64,000 bases of DNA. It comes from Mycobacterium sp. GTDB lineage: Bacteria; Actinomycetota; Actinomycetes; Mycobacteriales; Mycobacteriaceae. A program made the translations under genes and the position numbers. The notes under the pieces were generated by a model. That model did no database searches and was not told where the DNA came from. It was given only the letters and a program-made list of their open reading frames with translations. This document shows, piece after piece, positions 43,932 through 55,563 of this stretch. The number at the start of each line of letters is the position of its first letter. Position 1 is the stretch's first letter. Location: assembly GCA_032162605.1 (NCBI GenBank), contig JAVROT010000088.1, positions 1,144 to 65,143 on the forward strand, read 5' to 3'.

Positions 43932-45200
43932 GTGGCAGCTTGCTCGGCGACGGTAGACGCCATGACCGACCTGGCGAATTCGCGCTCGGCCGGGGTTCAG
44001 TCACGCCCGTCGCGACTCTTCGCCCCCGGCAGCAGCTATGTCCTGGATATCGTCATTCCGGTGTACAACGAGGAACGAGATCTCCCGGGAAGCGTCCGTC
44101 GGCTGCACCACTTTCTGGCCACCGAGGTGCCCTACGCCGCGCGAATCACCGTGGCCGACAACGCCAGTACCGACAGCACCCTGGACGTGGCGCGCCGGCT
44201 CGCCGAGGAGCTGCCGCACGTGGACGTCATCCACCTCGACGCCAAAGGCCGCGGGGGAGCGTTGCGCGCCGCGTGGACGTCGTCGACGGCCGAGGTGGTC
44301 GCGTACATGGACGTCGACCTCTCGACCGATCTCACGGCGTTGATGCCGCTGGTCGCACCATTGGTCTCCGGACACTCCGACGTCGCCATCGGATCGCGCC
44401 TGTCGGCGTCGTCGCGGGTGGTTCGTGGGCCGAAGCGTGAATTCGTCTCGCGCAGTTACAACTTGATCCTCCGGAGCATGCTGGGTGCACACTTCTCCGA
44501 TGCTCAGTGCGGGTTCAAGGCGGTCCGAGCCGACGTGGCGCGGCAGTTGCTGCCGCTGGTGGTCGATACCGGCTGGTTCTTCGACACCGAGTTGCTGGTG
44601 ATCGCGGAACGCGCGGGCCTGCGCATTCACGAGGTACCCGTCGACTGGATCGACGATCCCGACTCCAGGGTCGACGTCGTGCGCACCGCGATCGACGACC
44701 TCAAGGGCTGCTGGCGGGTGGGCCGCGCGCTCGCCACCGGCGCGCTTCCATTGTGCGAGCTGCGGGCTGCCCTCGGCCGTGAGCCTCTGGTGCCGGGTGT
44801 TCCCAAGGGGATGGTCGGGCAGCTGGTCCGCTTCGGGATCATCGGCGTGGCAAGCACACTCGCGTACGCGCTGCTCTATCTGGTGTTGCATCCCGCGGTG
44901 GGTGCGCAGGCCGCCAACCTGGTCGCGTTGCTGATCACCGCGGTGGCCAACACCGCGGCCAACCGGGCATTCACGTTCGGCGTGCGCGGCCACGATGGGG
45001 CGGGTCGCCACCAGTTGCACGGGCTGGTCGTCTTCGCGTTCGGCCTGGCGATCACCAGTGGGTCGCTGTTCGTCCTGCACCGGTTCGACCCGACGATCGA
45101 CAAGGTCGCCGAACTGTCCGTGCTGGTGGTTGCGAACCTGGTCGCGACGATGGTGCGGTTCGTCGCGCTGCGACGGGTGTTCGGAGTGCACCGCCGTTAG
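43932..45200 (+). CDS. bifunctional glycosyltransferase family 2 / GtrA-like membrane protein (polyprenol-phosphate glycosyltransferase type)
   Basis: [28 protein letters not shown], then C-terminal GtrA-like helices ([12 protein letters not shown]...). The ATG at 43962 is an alternative start. Confidence 0.85.
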   Translation: MAACSATVDAMTDLANSRSAGVQSRPSRLFAPGSSYVLDIVIPVYNEERDLPGSVRRLHHFLATEVPYAARITVADNASTDSTLDVARRLAEELPHVDVIHLDAKGRGGALRAAWTSSTAEVVAYMDVDLSTDLTALMPLVAPLVSGHSDVAIGSRLSASSRVVRGPKREFVSRSYNLILRSMLGAHFSDAQCGFKAVRADVARQLLPLVVDTGWFFDTELLVIAERAGLRIHEVPVDWIDDPDSRVDVVRTAIDDLKGCWRVGRALATGALPLCELRAALGREPLVPGVPKGMVGQLVRFGIIGVASTLAYALLYLVLHPAVGAQAANLVALLITAVANTAANRAFTFGVRGHDGAGRHQLHGLVVFAFGLAITSGSLFVLHRFDPTIDKVAELSVLVVANLVATMVRFVALRRVFGVHRR

Positions 45201-45395
45201 AACGGTGGCGGATCCGGATCCTTGGTGAAGGTGTCTTGGTAGGCGATGTGTTCGTCGTAGCCGGGGTGTTTCCTTGGGGCGGTGCGTTCGGGTTCCTGGC
45301 CGAACATCGGCGGGAGTTGTCTCCCGATGAGACGTTCGAGATTGTTCCCCAGCGGTCGGGGCCGGCTCAGGGTCCCTGCTGACGTCCCTGCTGAC

Positions 45396-45611
45396 GGGGT
45401 GGCCGCGGTGATCACGCTGCAGGCTTGCACGGCTTGTCCGATAGCGGAGACCGCAGACGCGTTGACCTTTGATCTGCGGTGGAAGACCGCGTGCGGGATG
45501 GTTGTCACCGATGTTGGGCTTCATGCCACGACGTTGTGGCATTGGGGGCGCCGGTTGGCGGTCTCGCAGTCCCTGAACCACTGGTGCTCGAGATCAGGGA
45601 TCGATACTTGA
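45396..45611 (+). mobile_element. IS1182/IS5-family transposase N-terminal remnant (DUF772-like), degraded
   Basis: VITLQA...ETADALTFDLRWKTACG...HATTLWHWGRRL resembles the InsH-type N-terminal domain. The expected LHGLSD segment is in another frame, so there are at least two frameshifts. No DDE domain and no inverted repeats were found. Confidence 0.45.
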
Positions 45612-45725
45612 CAACTTCAGATCCAATATCCAGAATCAAATCCGCCGCCAAGGCGGCGGGGCGCGGAACCCTGGGCGTGCTGAGTGCTACCCACACATGT
45701 ACGACGGAAGGAAACTCTGTTGCCG

Positions 45726-46772
45726 ATGGTCTGCGGGCGTCTAGTGAGGTCCCTTTCAGCTGTCGCGATCGGCACCGCCCTGGTGGCCGGGTGCTCCGGC
45801 GGCAACGCCCCGGCACCGTCGGGACCATTTGGCGCGACGGCCGATGAAGCCTGTACGGCCGCCGCCAAGGAGAGCGGTGCGGTGAACTATGTGGCGTCCA
45901 CCGACGCCGCTGTCTTCGCCAAGGAGATCGAAGCCTTCAAGGCGAAATACCCCGACATCGCCGTCTCCTACACCAACCTGCGCTCGCAGGATGCCAGCCA
46001 GCGGCTGCTCGCCGAATCGCAAGTCGGGCGGGGCCTTTCGTTCGATGCGCTGGCCGGCGAGCTACCCGGATTCCAACCTCTGTTCGACGAGGATCTGGTG
46101 CTCAAGGTGGATTGGCCCAAGCTCGGTCTCGGAGAGGATCTAGTCATCGAACAGGGGAAGGCCAACGCATTCCGGAACTATCGGTTGCTCACTGGTCTCG
46201 GGTACAACACCAACCTGGTCAAGCCGGAGGAGCTGCCCACCACCTGGGCCGAGCTCGTCAACCCGAAGTGGGCGGGCAAGGTGATCGTCGACCCGCGTGG
46301 CCAATATCTTGGGACGATGGCGCCCGCAGTCGGTCAGCAGGAGACCATCGATTGGTTCAAGAAGTTCATGGACGTGGACAAGCCGCTGATCATCCAGGGT
46401 GCGACCGCCTCTGCGCAGAAGGTCATCTCCGGTGAGGCACTGTTGACAACCAGCGCCGCCGACGCCAACGTTCGGGAATCACAGGCGGCCGGGGCGCCGA
46501 TCGGCATCAAGTACCTTGACTTCGTACCCACCAGCGACTACTACACGCTGGTGATGAAGGACACGCCTCGGCCGAACAAGACGGCCTGCTTCCTGGCTTG
46601 GCTGGGCGGTCCGGAGGGACGCGCGCAGAAGGAGAAGCTGGAGTTCCAGAAGAACGAATCCAAGCCCACCGAACTCCCGGTCGGCTCCACGCTCGTCCTC
46701 ACCGACACCCCGGAGGCGCGGAAGACCTCGGCTGACACGTCAGACGCGCTGGCGAAGATCATGGCTGGATAG
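45726..46772 (+). CDS. ABC transporter substrate-binding lipoprotein (family 1, iron(III)/polyamine type)
   Basis: Lipobox LVAGCSG. First gene of a three-gene ABC importer operon. The start is uncertain (45684 or 45726). Confidence 0.8.
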   Translation: MVCGRLVRSLSAVAIGTALVAGCSGGNAPAPSGPFGATADEACTAAAKESGAVNYVASTDAAVFAKEIEAFKAKYPDIAVSYTNLRSQDASQRLLAESQVGRGLSFDALAGELPGFQPLFDEDLVLKVDWPKLGLGEDLVIEQGKANAFRNYRLLTGLGYNTNLVKPEELPTTWAELVNPKWAGKVIVDPRGQYLGTMAPAVGQQETIDWFKKFMDVDKPLIIQGATASAQKVISGEALLTTSAADANVRESQAAGAPIGIKYLDFVPTSDYYTLVMKDTPRPNKTACFLAWLGGPEGRAQKEKLEFQKNESKPTELPVGSTLVLTDTPEARKTSADTSDALAKIMAG

Positions 46773-48560
46773 ATGGCAGCAACCCCCGCGATAGCAGCGA
46801 CCCCCGGGATGGCAGCGAACGAAACTCACCCGAACGCGGCACCCATGAGGGGACGGCGACGGTGGCTGACCGGCCGCAAGATCTTCATCGCCGTAACACT
46901 GCTGGTGTTGCTCTACCTCGTACTGGGACCGCTGGCGGTGCTGATCATCGCCAGCGTGCAGAAGACGACGCTCGGCCTCGATATCAGGCCGCCCGTGGTG
47001 TGGACCCTGCAGAACTACATCGACGCGTTCCTCAGCTCGGAGTTCTTCGGAGTTCTGGGGACGACGGTGATCTTCACCGTGGGCAGCCTGTTGTTCGCGT
47101 TCGTGTTCAGCTTCGCGTTGTCGATGCTGATCGAGCGCACCGACATCCCGCTGCGCAACGTGATGTTCCTGCTCGTCGTCGCGCCCTCGGGCATCCCGGC
47201 AGTCATCCTGGCGATCTCGTGGAGCCTGCTGGTGAACCCGACCAACGGTGTCCTGAACGTGCTGTTGCGGAGGGTTTTCGGACTCACCGGTGATGCCGGC
47301 CCGTTCAACGTCTACTCGGTGCCCTGGATGATCATCGTCCAGGGGATGGCGCTGGTGCCGTTGACGTTCCTGCTGATCACCGCGTCGCTGCGAGGTATGA
47401 GCAACACTCTGGAAGAGGCGGGGCGAACATCCGGCGCTCCCGCTTCCGTCGTGCTGCGCACCGTGACCATCCCGCTGCTGAAGCCGGCTCTGGTGGGTGC
47501 GCTGGTGTATCAGTTCGTCACGGTGGTGTCCGTGCTGGACATCCCGCTGCTTCTCGGCAAACCCGGTGGCGTGTCGGTGCTGAGCACCAGGATCTATGAC
47601 GCCTCCAACCCGGCGACCGGTCTGCCCAACAACGGCGTCGCGAGTGCCTACGGCGTCTTCCTGCTGCTTGTCTCGCTGGTGCCACTGTGGGTGTACAACC
47701 GCATAATCAGCCGGACGGGCGCCTATGTGACGGTCACCGGGAAGAGTCGGCCGCCACGACGGCTTGTGCTCGGCAGATGGAAACCGGTGGCGTTGATCTT
47801 CGGCATGGGGTACATCGCAGTGTCGTTCGTGCTGCCTGCACTCATCCTGTTGTGGACGAGTACGCAGCCCTACCTGGGCGCGTTGACGCTGGACAGCTTG
47901 CAGCACACCACGCTGGCGGCCTACCGAAGCACCCTCGGCGACAGCCAGTTCCATCTGTCGCTGTGGAACACCTTCGTGCTCGGTGTCACCGCATCCGTAG
48001 TGGCGATGGTGATTTCGACGGCGGTGTCCTGGATCATCGTCCGGGTCAAGTCGCGGTACACGCCGCTCGTCGATCTACTGGCCTTCATGCCGCACGCCTT
48101 TCCCGGAGTCGTGATCGGCCTGGCCACCCTGTTCGTCTATCTACTGCTTCCGCTGCCCGTGTACGGGACCATCTGGATCATCGTGCTGGCGATGGCCACC
48201 CAGTTCATCGGGCTCGGAACCCGGATCACGACCAGCGGCATCGCCCAGATCCAGGTCGGCCTGGAGGAGGCATCGTACATCTCGGGTGGCTCGGGATTCC
48301 AGACGACATGGCGGGTCCTGGTGCCAATCCTGCGGCCCGTTCTGTTCAACGGGTTGCTGGTGGTGTTCCTCGCGAGCATCCAGAACCTGACGCTGCCACT
48401 GATGCTTGGTAGCGGCAACAACATCGTGATGTCGACGCTGATCTACGGGCGGTGGTTCGCCGGCGACGGGCCAGGCACGGCTGCGCTGGGCGTGGTGCTG
48501 ACCATCGCCACCCTGGCGATGACGCTGTTCCTGCGCCGCTCATCGGAAGTCAGGGTGTGA
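46773..48560 (+). CDS. ABC transporter permease, duplicated (two-module) type
   Basis: 595 aa with two BPD_transp_1-like modules, each carrying an EAA-type loop (EEAGRTSGA; EEASYISGG). Confidence 0.85.
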   Translation: MAATPAIAATPGMAANETHPNAAPMRGRRRWLTGRKIFIAVTLLVLLYLVLGPLAVLIIASVQKTTLGLDIRPPVVWTLQNYIDAFLSSEFFGVLGTTVIFTVGSLLFAFVFSFALSMLIERTDIPLRNVMFLLVVAPSGIPAVILAISWSLLVNPTNGVLNVLLRRVFGLTGDAGPFNVYSVPWMIIVQGMALVPLTFLLITASLRGMSNTLEEAGRTSGAPASVVLRTVTIPLLKPALVGALVYQFVTVVSVLDIPLLLGKPGGVSVLSTRIYDASNPATGLPNNGVASAYGVFLLLVSLVPLWVYNRIISRTGAYVTVTGKSRPPRRLVLGRWKPVALIFGMGYIAVSFVLPALILLWTSTQPYLGALTLDSLQHTTLAAYRSTLGDSQFHLSLWNTFVLGVTASVVAMVISTAVSWIIVRVKSRYTPLVDLLAFMPHAFPGVVIGLATLFVYLLLPLPVYGTIWIIVLAMATQFIGLGTRITTSGIAQIQVGLEEASYISGGSGFQTTWRVLVPILRPVLFNGLLVVFLASIQNLTLPLMLGSGNNIVMSTLIYGRWFAGDGPGTAALGVVLTIATLAMTLFLRRSSEVRV

Positions 48561-48623
48561 CAGCGTTATCCGCGCATCGGTCCATCAACGCTTACATACG
48601 AATCGATTCGAGAGGGTGACCCA

Positions 48624-49769
48624 GTGACGGCGATTCGGGTGAAGAACCTCTTTCACAATTACAGCACCAATCCCAACGACCGCCCGTCGGTGGATGACGT
48701 CTCCTTCGAGGTGGCCGACGGCGAGTTCTACACACTGCTCGGCCCGAGCGGCTGCGGAAAGACGACTACGCTGAGATGTATTGCAGGCCTTGAGGACCCG
48801 TCGAGCGGGCTGATCGAGCTCGACGGACAGCCGGTGGTCTCGGGTAAGTACGTCATCGCTGCCAACAAGCGCGACATCGGCCTGGTGTTCCAGGACTACG
48901 CGGTGTGGCCGCACATGACCGCGTTCGAGAATGTCGCCTACCCGCTGCGGGTGGGGCGCAAAACGCCGCGGGCCCAGATCAAGTCCAAGGTCGAGGAGGC
49001 CCTGACACTGGTCGGGCTGGAGCAGTTCGCCAGCCGGCGCGCCACCCAGCTGTCCGGTGGTCAGCAGCAACGGCTTTCGCTGGCCAGAGCGCTGGTACGA
49101 CAACCAAAGGTACTGCTGCTCGACGAGCCGTTGTCCAACCTGGATGCCACCTTGCGCGAGCAGATGCGCGTGGAGTTGCGCTCGATCCAGCGTCGGCTCA
49201 AGATCGCGACGTTGTTCGTAACCCACGACCAGGTCGAGGCGTTGTCGATGTCGAACCGGATCGCGGTGATGCGCAACGGGAAGATCGTGCAGGAGGCCGC
49301 ACCGCGGGAGATCTATCACGAGCCGAACAGCGAGTTCGTGGCCCGGTTCGTCGGCGTCGCGACGTTCATCCGCGGCACCGCGGTCGAAGGCGCTGCCGAA
49401 TCCGCCCGGGCGTCGGTGCTGACCTCGATGGGCACGCTGCAGATCACCACCAACCGCGCGGTGAGTGCGGGTGAGCCAGTCACCGTGGTGATCCGGCCGG
49501 AGGATGTGACAGTCGTGGAGGCCGCGGCGTCGCCGCAGATCGAAACGCAGAACGGGTTCGACGGTGAGATCGAGTCATTCTTCTTCGTCGGCGACGCGGT
49601 CGACTACCGCGTGCGGGTGGGCGATGAGGTCTTGCGGGCGCGGGGCCAGGGTCGGGACAGCTTGCGGCGCGGCGACCGGGTGCGGATCACCGTGCCTGCG
49701 GCGGCCTGTGCGCTGCTGCGCGACGACGAGCCGACAACTCATTCGGTCGGCAACGCGGTGTCGGTGTGA
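48624..49769 (+). CDS. ABC transporter ATP-binding protein (PotA/FbpC-like)
   Basis: GPSGCGKTT (Walker A), LSGGQQQR (signature), LLLDEP (Walker B), and a C-terminal TOBE-like domain. Confidence 0.9.
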   Translation: MTAIRVKNLFHNYSTNPNDRPSVDDVSFEVADGEFYTLLGPSGCGKTTTLRCIAGLEDPSSGLIELDGQPVVSGKYVIAANKRDIGLVFQDYAVWPHMTAFENVAYPLRVGRKTPRAQIKSKVEEALTLVGLEQFASRRATQLSGGQQQRLSLARALVRQPKVLLLDEPLSNLDATLREQMRVELRSIQRRLKIATLFVTHDQVEALSMSNRIAVMRNGKIVQEAAPREIYHEPNSEFVARFVGVATFIRGTAVEGAAESARASVLTSMGTLQITTNRAVSAGEPVTVVIRPEDVTVVEAAASPQIETQNGFDGEIESFFFVGDAVDYRVRVGDEVLRARGQGRDSLRRGDRVRITVPAAACALLRDDEPTTHSVGNAVSV

Positions 49770-50626
49770 CGACGACCGACTTCTGGGTCGATTCCGGTGG
49801 AGTCGTCATCCACGGGGTGGATTGGGGTGGTGCCCCCGACGGTGCCCTGATTGTCATGCTGCACGGGATCGGCGGCACTGCCATGTCGTTCAACATGCTA
49901 GGTCCACGTCTGGCCGCCTCGCTGGGCGATCGATACCGCGTCATCTCAATTGACCAGCGCGGCAGTGGCGATAGCGATAAGCCTCGGCGCGGTTACGAGC
50001 AGGAGTTCTTTGCGGCCGACGTGCTGGCCGTGATCGAGGCGACCGGCGGGGGCGGTGCCGTGCTGGTCGGCCATTCACGTGGGGGCTGGCTCGCGCCCTA
50101 CGTCGCCGCGAAGGCGCCTGGAGTTGTTGAAAGGCTTGTCCTCATCGACCCGGCCCGCATGTCCTACGACTCCGCCCAGGCTCAGGACGCGTTCTACTCA
50201 CGGGTCCGCGAGGGACTTGGGCCGTTCACATCGGTCGGTGACGCGCTGGACCGCGCGATCCGCGATACCCCGGACGCGTACTGGGGCGAAGAGCGCAAGC
50301 AGTCCGTGCTGGCCGGGCTCTATACGGCGTTCGACGGGACTCTGTTTGGCAAGATGCCGCAACGGGTGCTCGACGAACTGGAACGTGTTCGCGGCGATGA
50401 TGTGCTGCGGCCCCTGACCGCAACCGTCACCGCGCCGACACTGCTGCTGGTGTCGTCGCGGTCTGACGCGCACCGGCAGTCACAGAAGCTGGAGTACGCC
50501 GAGCGCATCCACGGCACGAGGGTGGTGATGCTCGACGGCACGCACAGCCTCCAACACGACTGTGTACAAGAGGTGGTCGCGGAGATTGAGACGCACCTGA
50601 CGGAACCCCTGCCGATTGGGCGTTAG
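49766..50626 (+). CDS. alpha/beta-fold hydrolase
   Basis: HGIGG and GHSRGG (nucleophile elbow). GTGA overlap with the ATPase gene. Confidence 0.85.
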   Translation: MTTTDFWVDSGGVVIHGVDWGGAPDGALIVMLHGIGGTAMSFNMLGPRLAASLGDRYRVISIDQRGSGDSDKPRRGYEQEFFAADVLAVIEATGGGGAVLVGHSRGGWLAPYVAAKAPGVVERLVLIDPARMSYDSAQAQDAFYSRVREGLGPFTSVGDALDRAIRDTPDAYWGEERKQSVLAGLYTAFDGTLFGKMPQRVLDELERVRGDDVLRPLTATVTAPTLLLVSSRSDAHRQSQKLEYAERIHGTRVVMLDGTHSLQHDCVQEVVAEIETHLTEPLPIGR

Positions 50627-50657
50627 CCCGATTCGAACGCGAGTGTCTTCGCTGTGA

Positions 50658-50960
50658 CGCCGCTCCACACGTACGAGAACGTCCCACTTCAAACGCTGGA
50701 TCGAGCGGTTCCTGGCCACGGTCGACGACCTGCACCTCGAAGTGCTCGAGTCGTTCCAAAACGCCGACGGCAGCCGGGTGACTTCGCGCTGGCTGTTGAC
50801 CGGCAGGAACAACGGCGTCCTTGGCACGCAGACGGACAAGCGGGACATCGCGATGACCGGAACCGCCGTCTGGGCCGTCCGAGAGGACGGGAAGCTGCTG
50901 ACGAACTGGGTCGAGCGTTCGTCGTGGGAGCTGCATCGGCGGCTTACCGCTTCTGAATGA
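50658..50960 (+). pseudogene. SnoaL-like ester cyclase, C-terminal fragment only
   Basis: FKRWIERFLATVDDLHLEVLESFQNADGSRVTSRWLLTG...GTAVWAVREDGKLLTNW matches the C-terminal two thirds of the fold. An in-frame stop at 50655 lies only 28 nt after the upstream gene, so the N-terminus is missing. The GTG at 50742 is the only start in the track. Confidence 0.4.
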
Positions 50961-51831
50961 CCCCGTCCAGCTCGGCGATGGACCACGGAGGCGAGTCGTG
51001 GTGATCGCGATAGGCGACGATGCTCGGAGTCTGTCGGCCGAAGCGGCCTACGAATCCTCCTGCGGCGATGAAGATCTGACCGGTCACGTCCTTGGCGAGG
51101 TCACTCGCGAGGTATGCGTAGACGGTTGCGGCGTACTCGGGCGGGGCGGCGTCGAGTGCCCCCTGCATGCTGACTTCGTCGAGCAGGCCGCGCTGGTGCA
51201 GATCCACGATCTGGGCTTCGTAGTCGGCGCCGGTGGACAGCCGCGTTCTGGCGCCGGGGCACACCACGTTCGCGCGCACGCGCTCAGTCTTCAGCTCGGC
51301 GGCGATGGCGAGGGTCAGCCCATTGACTGCGCCCTTGCCAGCCGGATACCCGGTGCCGCCGTAGTCGCCGAGGAACGCGAACGAGCTGGTGTTGACGATC
51401 GCGCCGCCGCCTTGGGCGACCATCTTCGGCGCGGCCGCCCGGCAGGTCTCGAAGACCGTACCGAGATGTGCGTCGAGCAGGTCGCGAAACTGGCCCGAGG
51501 TCACGTTGAGGATCGACGAGCCCGCCGGCTCGGCCGTCCCCGCGCAGTTGATCAGCGTGTCGATGCCACCGAATTCACTGACGCACTTTGCGATGAGGGC
51601 ATGAGCGGTCTTCGGATCGGCGGGTGAGCCGGGGAAGCCGATCGCGCGGCCCCCGACGCGTGTGACGGCTTCGTCGACCGCGACGTCGTCACGACCGTTG
51701 ATGACCACCCCTACGCCGTCGGCGGCGAGGAGTTCTGCGACCGCCAGGCCGATGCCGCGGGAACCGCCGACGACGACCGCGCCGGTCAGCTCTCGTCCTC
51801 CTGGCCGAACTGCATCGCGTCCATGTTCCAA
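50944..51831 (-). CDS. SDR-family oxidoreductase
   Basis: VVVGGSRGIGLA, NCAG and YPAGKGA. The only upstream start is the TTG at 51831, which gives a 46-nt overlap with the preceding gene, so the start is uncertain. Confidence 0.8.
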   Translation of the reverse strand: MEHGRDAVRPGGRELTGAVVVGGSRGIGLAVAELLAADGVGVVINGRDDVAVDEAVTRVGGRAIGFPGSPADPKTAHALIAKCVSEFGGIDTLINCAGTAEPAGSSILNVTSGQFRDLLDAHLGTVFETCRAAAPKMVAQGGGAIVNTSSFAFLGDYGGTGYPAGKGAVNGLTLAIAAELKTERVRANVVCPGARTRLSTGADYEAQIVDLHQRGLLDEVSMQGALDAAPPEYAATVYAYLASDLAKDVTGQIFIAAGGFVGRFGRQTPSIVAYRDHHDSPPWSIAELDGVIQKR

Positions 51832-52217
51832 TAGCCGCGCAGGTTGATGATCAGACCCTCATCGTTGACCCGGTAGGTGAACACGCCGCGCACAGCGGCG
51901 GTGAAGCCGTTCGGAAACTTGGTGTGCAGCACCAGGATGTAGGCGATCTCGGTCGGCGAACTCGATGGGAAGGTCTCCTCGCGAGTCACCGTCAACTGAT
52001 TCGGCCCGATGTTCGCGTCGTAGAAGGCCGCCACGGCCTCCTTGCCGCGCACGCCGGTGCCATCGGGGTTGGTGACGGACTCGCCGATCGGATCCTCGAT
52101 CACGACGTCGTCCGTCATCAGGGCCAGCCAACCCTCACGGTCGCCTGACTGAACGCACCGCCACGACGATTCCGAGGCGACGAGCACCGGTGACTTCTCG
52201 GCTGTCTCCTGGGACAT
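51786..52217 (-). CDS. NTF2-fold steroid delta-isomerase-like protein (Rv0760c-like)
   Basis: 143 aa starting MSQETAEKSPVLV. Position and size match Rv0760c, next to adhB. Confidence 0.8.
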   Translation of the reverse strand: MSQETAEKSPVLVASESSWRCVQSGDREGWLALMTDDVVIEDPIGESVTNPDGTGVRGKEAVAAFYDANIGPNQLTVTREETFPSSSPTEIAYILVLHTKFPNGFTAAVRGVFTYRVNDEGLIINLRGYWNMDAMQFGQEDES

Positions 52218-52219
52218 GA

Positions 52220-53347
52220 TTACCTGTCGGCGTCGGTGTAGCGGATGATGCCGCGGATGTTGCGGCCCTCCAGCATGTCCGTGTAGCCGTCGTTGATCTG
52301 TTCGAGCTTGTACTGGCGGGTGACCATGTCGTCGAGGTTGAGCTTGCCCGCCTTGTACATCGACAGCAGCTGAGGAATGTCGAAGTGTGGGTTGCCACCG
52401 CCGAAGATGGTGCCCTGCAGGTTCTTCTGCATCAGGGTCAGCATCGCCAGGTTCAACGTCACCTCGGTGTCCGTCATGCTGCCGATGGCCGTCAGGACTG
52501 TGGTGCCGCCCTTGGACGTCAGGTTCACGTAGCTGTCGACGTCCTTGCCGTGCAGTTCGCCCACAGTGACGATGACCTGCTTGGCCATCAGTCCCTGGGT
52601 CACCTCGGCGACCCCCGCGAACGCGGCCTCCAGGTCGGGATAGGCGTGCGTGGCACCGAACTTCAGGGCAGCGTCGCGCTTCCACTCCACCGGCTCGATG
52701 ACGAAGACGTTGCGCGCGCCCGCGTTGACCGCTCCTTGCAGCGCCGACATGCCGACACCGCCGACTCCGATCACCGCGACGTCGTCGCCGGGCCGGACGT
52801 TGCCCGCCCGGACGGCGGAGCCGTAGCCGGTCGTGACACCGCAGCCGACCAGGCAGGCCACCTCGAACGGAATCGACTCGTCGATCTTGACGACGGAGCT
52901 GCGGTGCACCACCATGTACGGGCTGAACGTGCCGAGCAGCGTCATCGGGAAGACGGGCTGGCCCTTGGCGGTGATGCGGTGGGTGCCGTCGGAGACCGCG
53001 GTGCCGCTGAGCAGACCGGCACCCAGGTCACACAGGTTGCGCAGGCCGGCCTGACAGGACGGGCACTTGCCACACGACGGGATGAACGACAGCACGACGT
53101 GGTCACCCGGCGCGAGGTCCTCGACGCCTGGCCCAACCTCGGTGACGATGCCTGCGCCCTCGTGGCCGCCGAGCACCGGGAAGCCCATCATCGGGATACC
53201 GCCGGTCACCAGGTGGTGGTCGGAGTGGCACATGCCCGCCGCTTCCATCTGGATCTTGACCTCGTCCTTGACGGGGTCGCCGATCTCGATGTCCTCGACG
53301 GACCACGGCTGGTTGAACTCCCAGATGAGAGCACCTTTTGTCTTCAT
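52220..53347 (-). CDS. adhB: zinc-type, NDMA-dependent alcohol dehydrogenase
   Basis: GMCHSDHH, GHEGAGIV, CGKCPSC and GVGGVG. Syntenic with M. tuberculosis Rv0761c. Confidence 0.9.
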   Translation of the reverse strand: MKTKGALIWEFNQPWSVEDIEIGDPVKDEVKIQMEAAGMCHSDHHLVTGGIPMMGFPVLGGHEGAGIVTEVGPGVEDLAPGDHVVLSFIPSCGKCPSCQAGLRNLCDLGAGLLSGTAVSDGTHRITAKGQPVFPMTLLGTFSPYMVVHRSSVVKIDESIPFEVACLVGCGVTTGYGSAVRAGNVRPGDDVAVIGVGGVGMSALQGAVNAGARNVFVIEPVEWKRDAALKFGATHAYPDLEAAFAGVAEVTQGLMAKQVIVTVGELHGKDVDSYVNLTSKGGTTVLTAIGSMTDTEVTLNLAMLTLMQKNLQGTIFGGGNPHFDIPQLLSMYKAGKLNLDDMVTRQYKLEQINDGYTDMLEGRNIRGIIRYTDADR

Positions 53348-53441
53348 CGGTACGTGCCTTCCGCTAGAGCCAGTGAAGCCAGACTAGAGCCATTAGTTAG
53401 GTGCGTCACAAGCACCCCCAAGCAACCGCTTGGCCGGGAGG

Positions 53442-53987
53442 TCACCAGATCGGGATGGGACTTTGGCCGAGCGGGTAGTAGCCAGGAAGCTTCTCTCCGG
53501 CGACGCTGCGTTCGATGCGCTTCTGCATGGTCGGGGTGAGGTCGCCGGATTCGATGAGCTTGATGAACGCCTTCTGCACATGGCCGAAGTCGAAGAAGTC
53601 GCGCTGCCACTCGATCAGCAGGTCGTCATTCAGCCGGAACCAGCTGCCGCCGATGCCGTAGATCTCGTCCCGGGCGCCGTCGCTCTTGTTGGCGATCTGC
53701 TTCCAGAACCCGACGATCTCGCCGACCTTCTCGTCCACGATCACCTTCTGGTACTCGTAGGCCCAGTTCTCCAGACCTTGCATCTCCAAACCCAGTGCGA
53801 CATCGCGGATTTCATCCTTGCCGATGCACATCACGTCTTCCTTCGGGCCGATGTTCCAGCCGTAGGTGGCGTCGTCAGTGTAGAAGTCCGCCAACGGCCT
53901 CCAGTCGCCCGCGGCCTCGGCGTCGCGGTTGACCTGCAACCACCGCTCCACCCAATCGTCCAGTTGAGCACGTGTAAACGACGCCAT
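53442..53987 (-). CDS. conserved hypothetical NTF2-like protein (Rv0762c-like)
   Basis: 181 aa with normal composition. It sits between the ferredoxin gene and adhB, as in M. tuberculosis. Confidence 0.75.
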   Translation of the reverse strand: MASFTRAQLDDWVERWLQVNRDAEAAGDWRPLADFYTDDATYGWNIGPKEDVMCIGKDEIRDVALGLEMQGLENWAYEYQKVIVDEKVGEIVGFWKQIANKSDGARDEIYGIGGSWFRLNDDLLIEWQRDFFDFGHVQKAFIKLIESGDLTPTMQKRIERSVAGEKLPGYYPLGQSPIPIW

Positions 53988-53990
53988 TGT

Positions 53991-55559
<1,569 letters not shown>

Positions 55560-55563
<4 letters not shown>

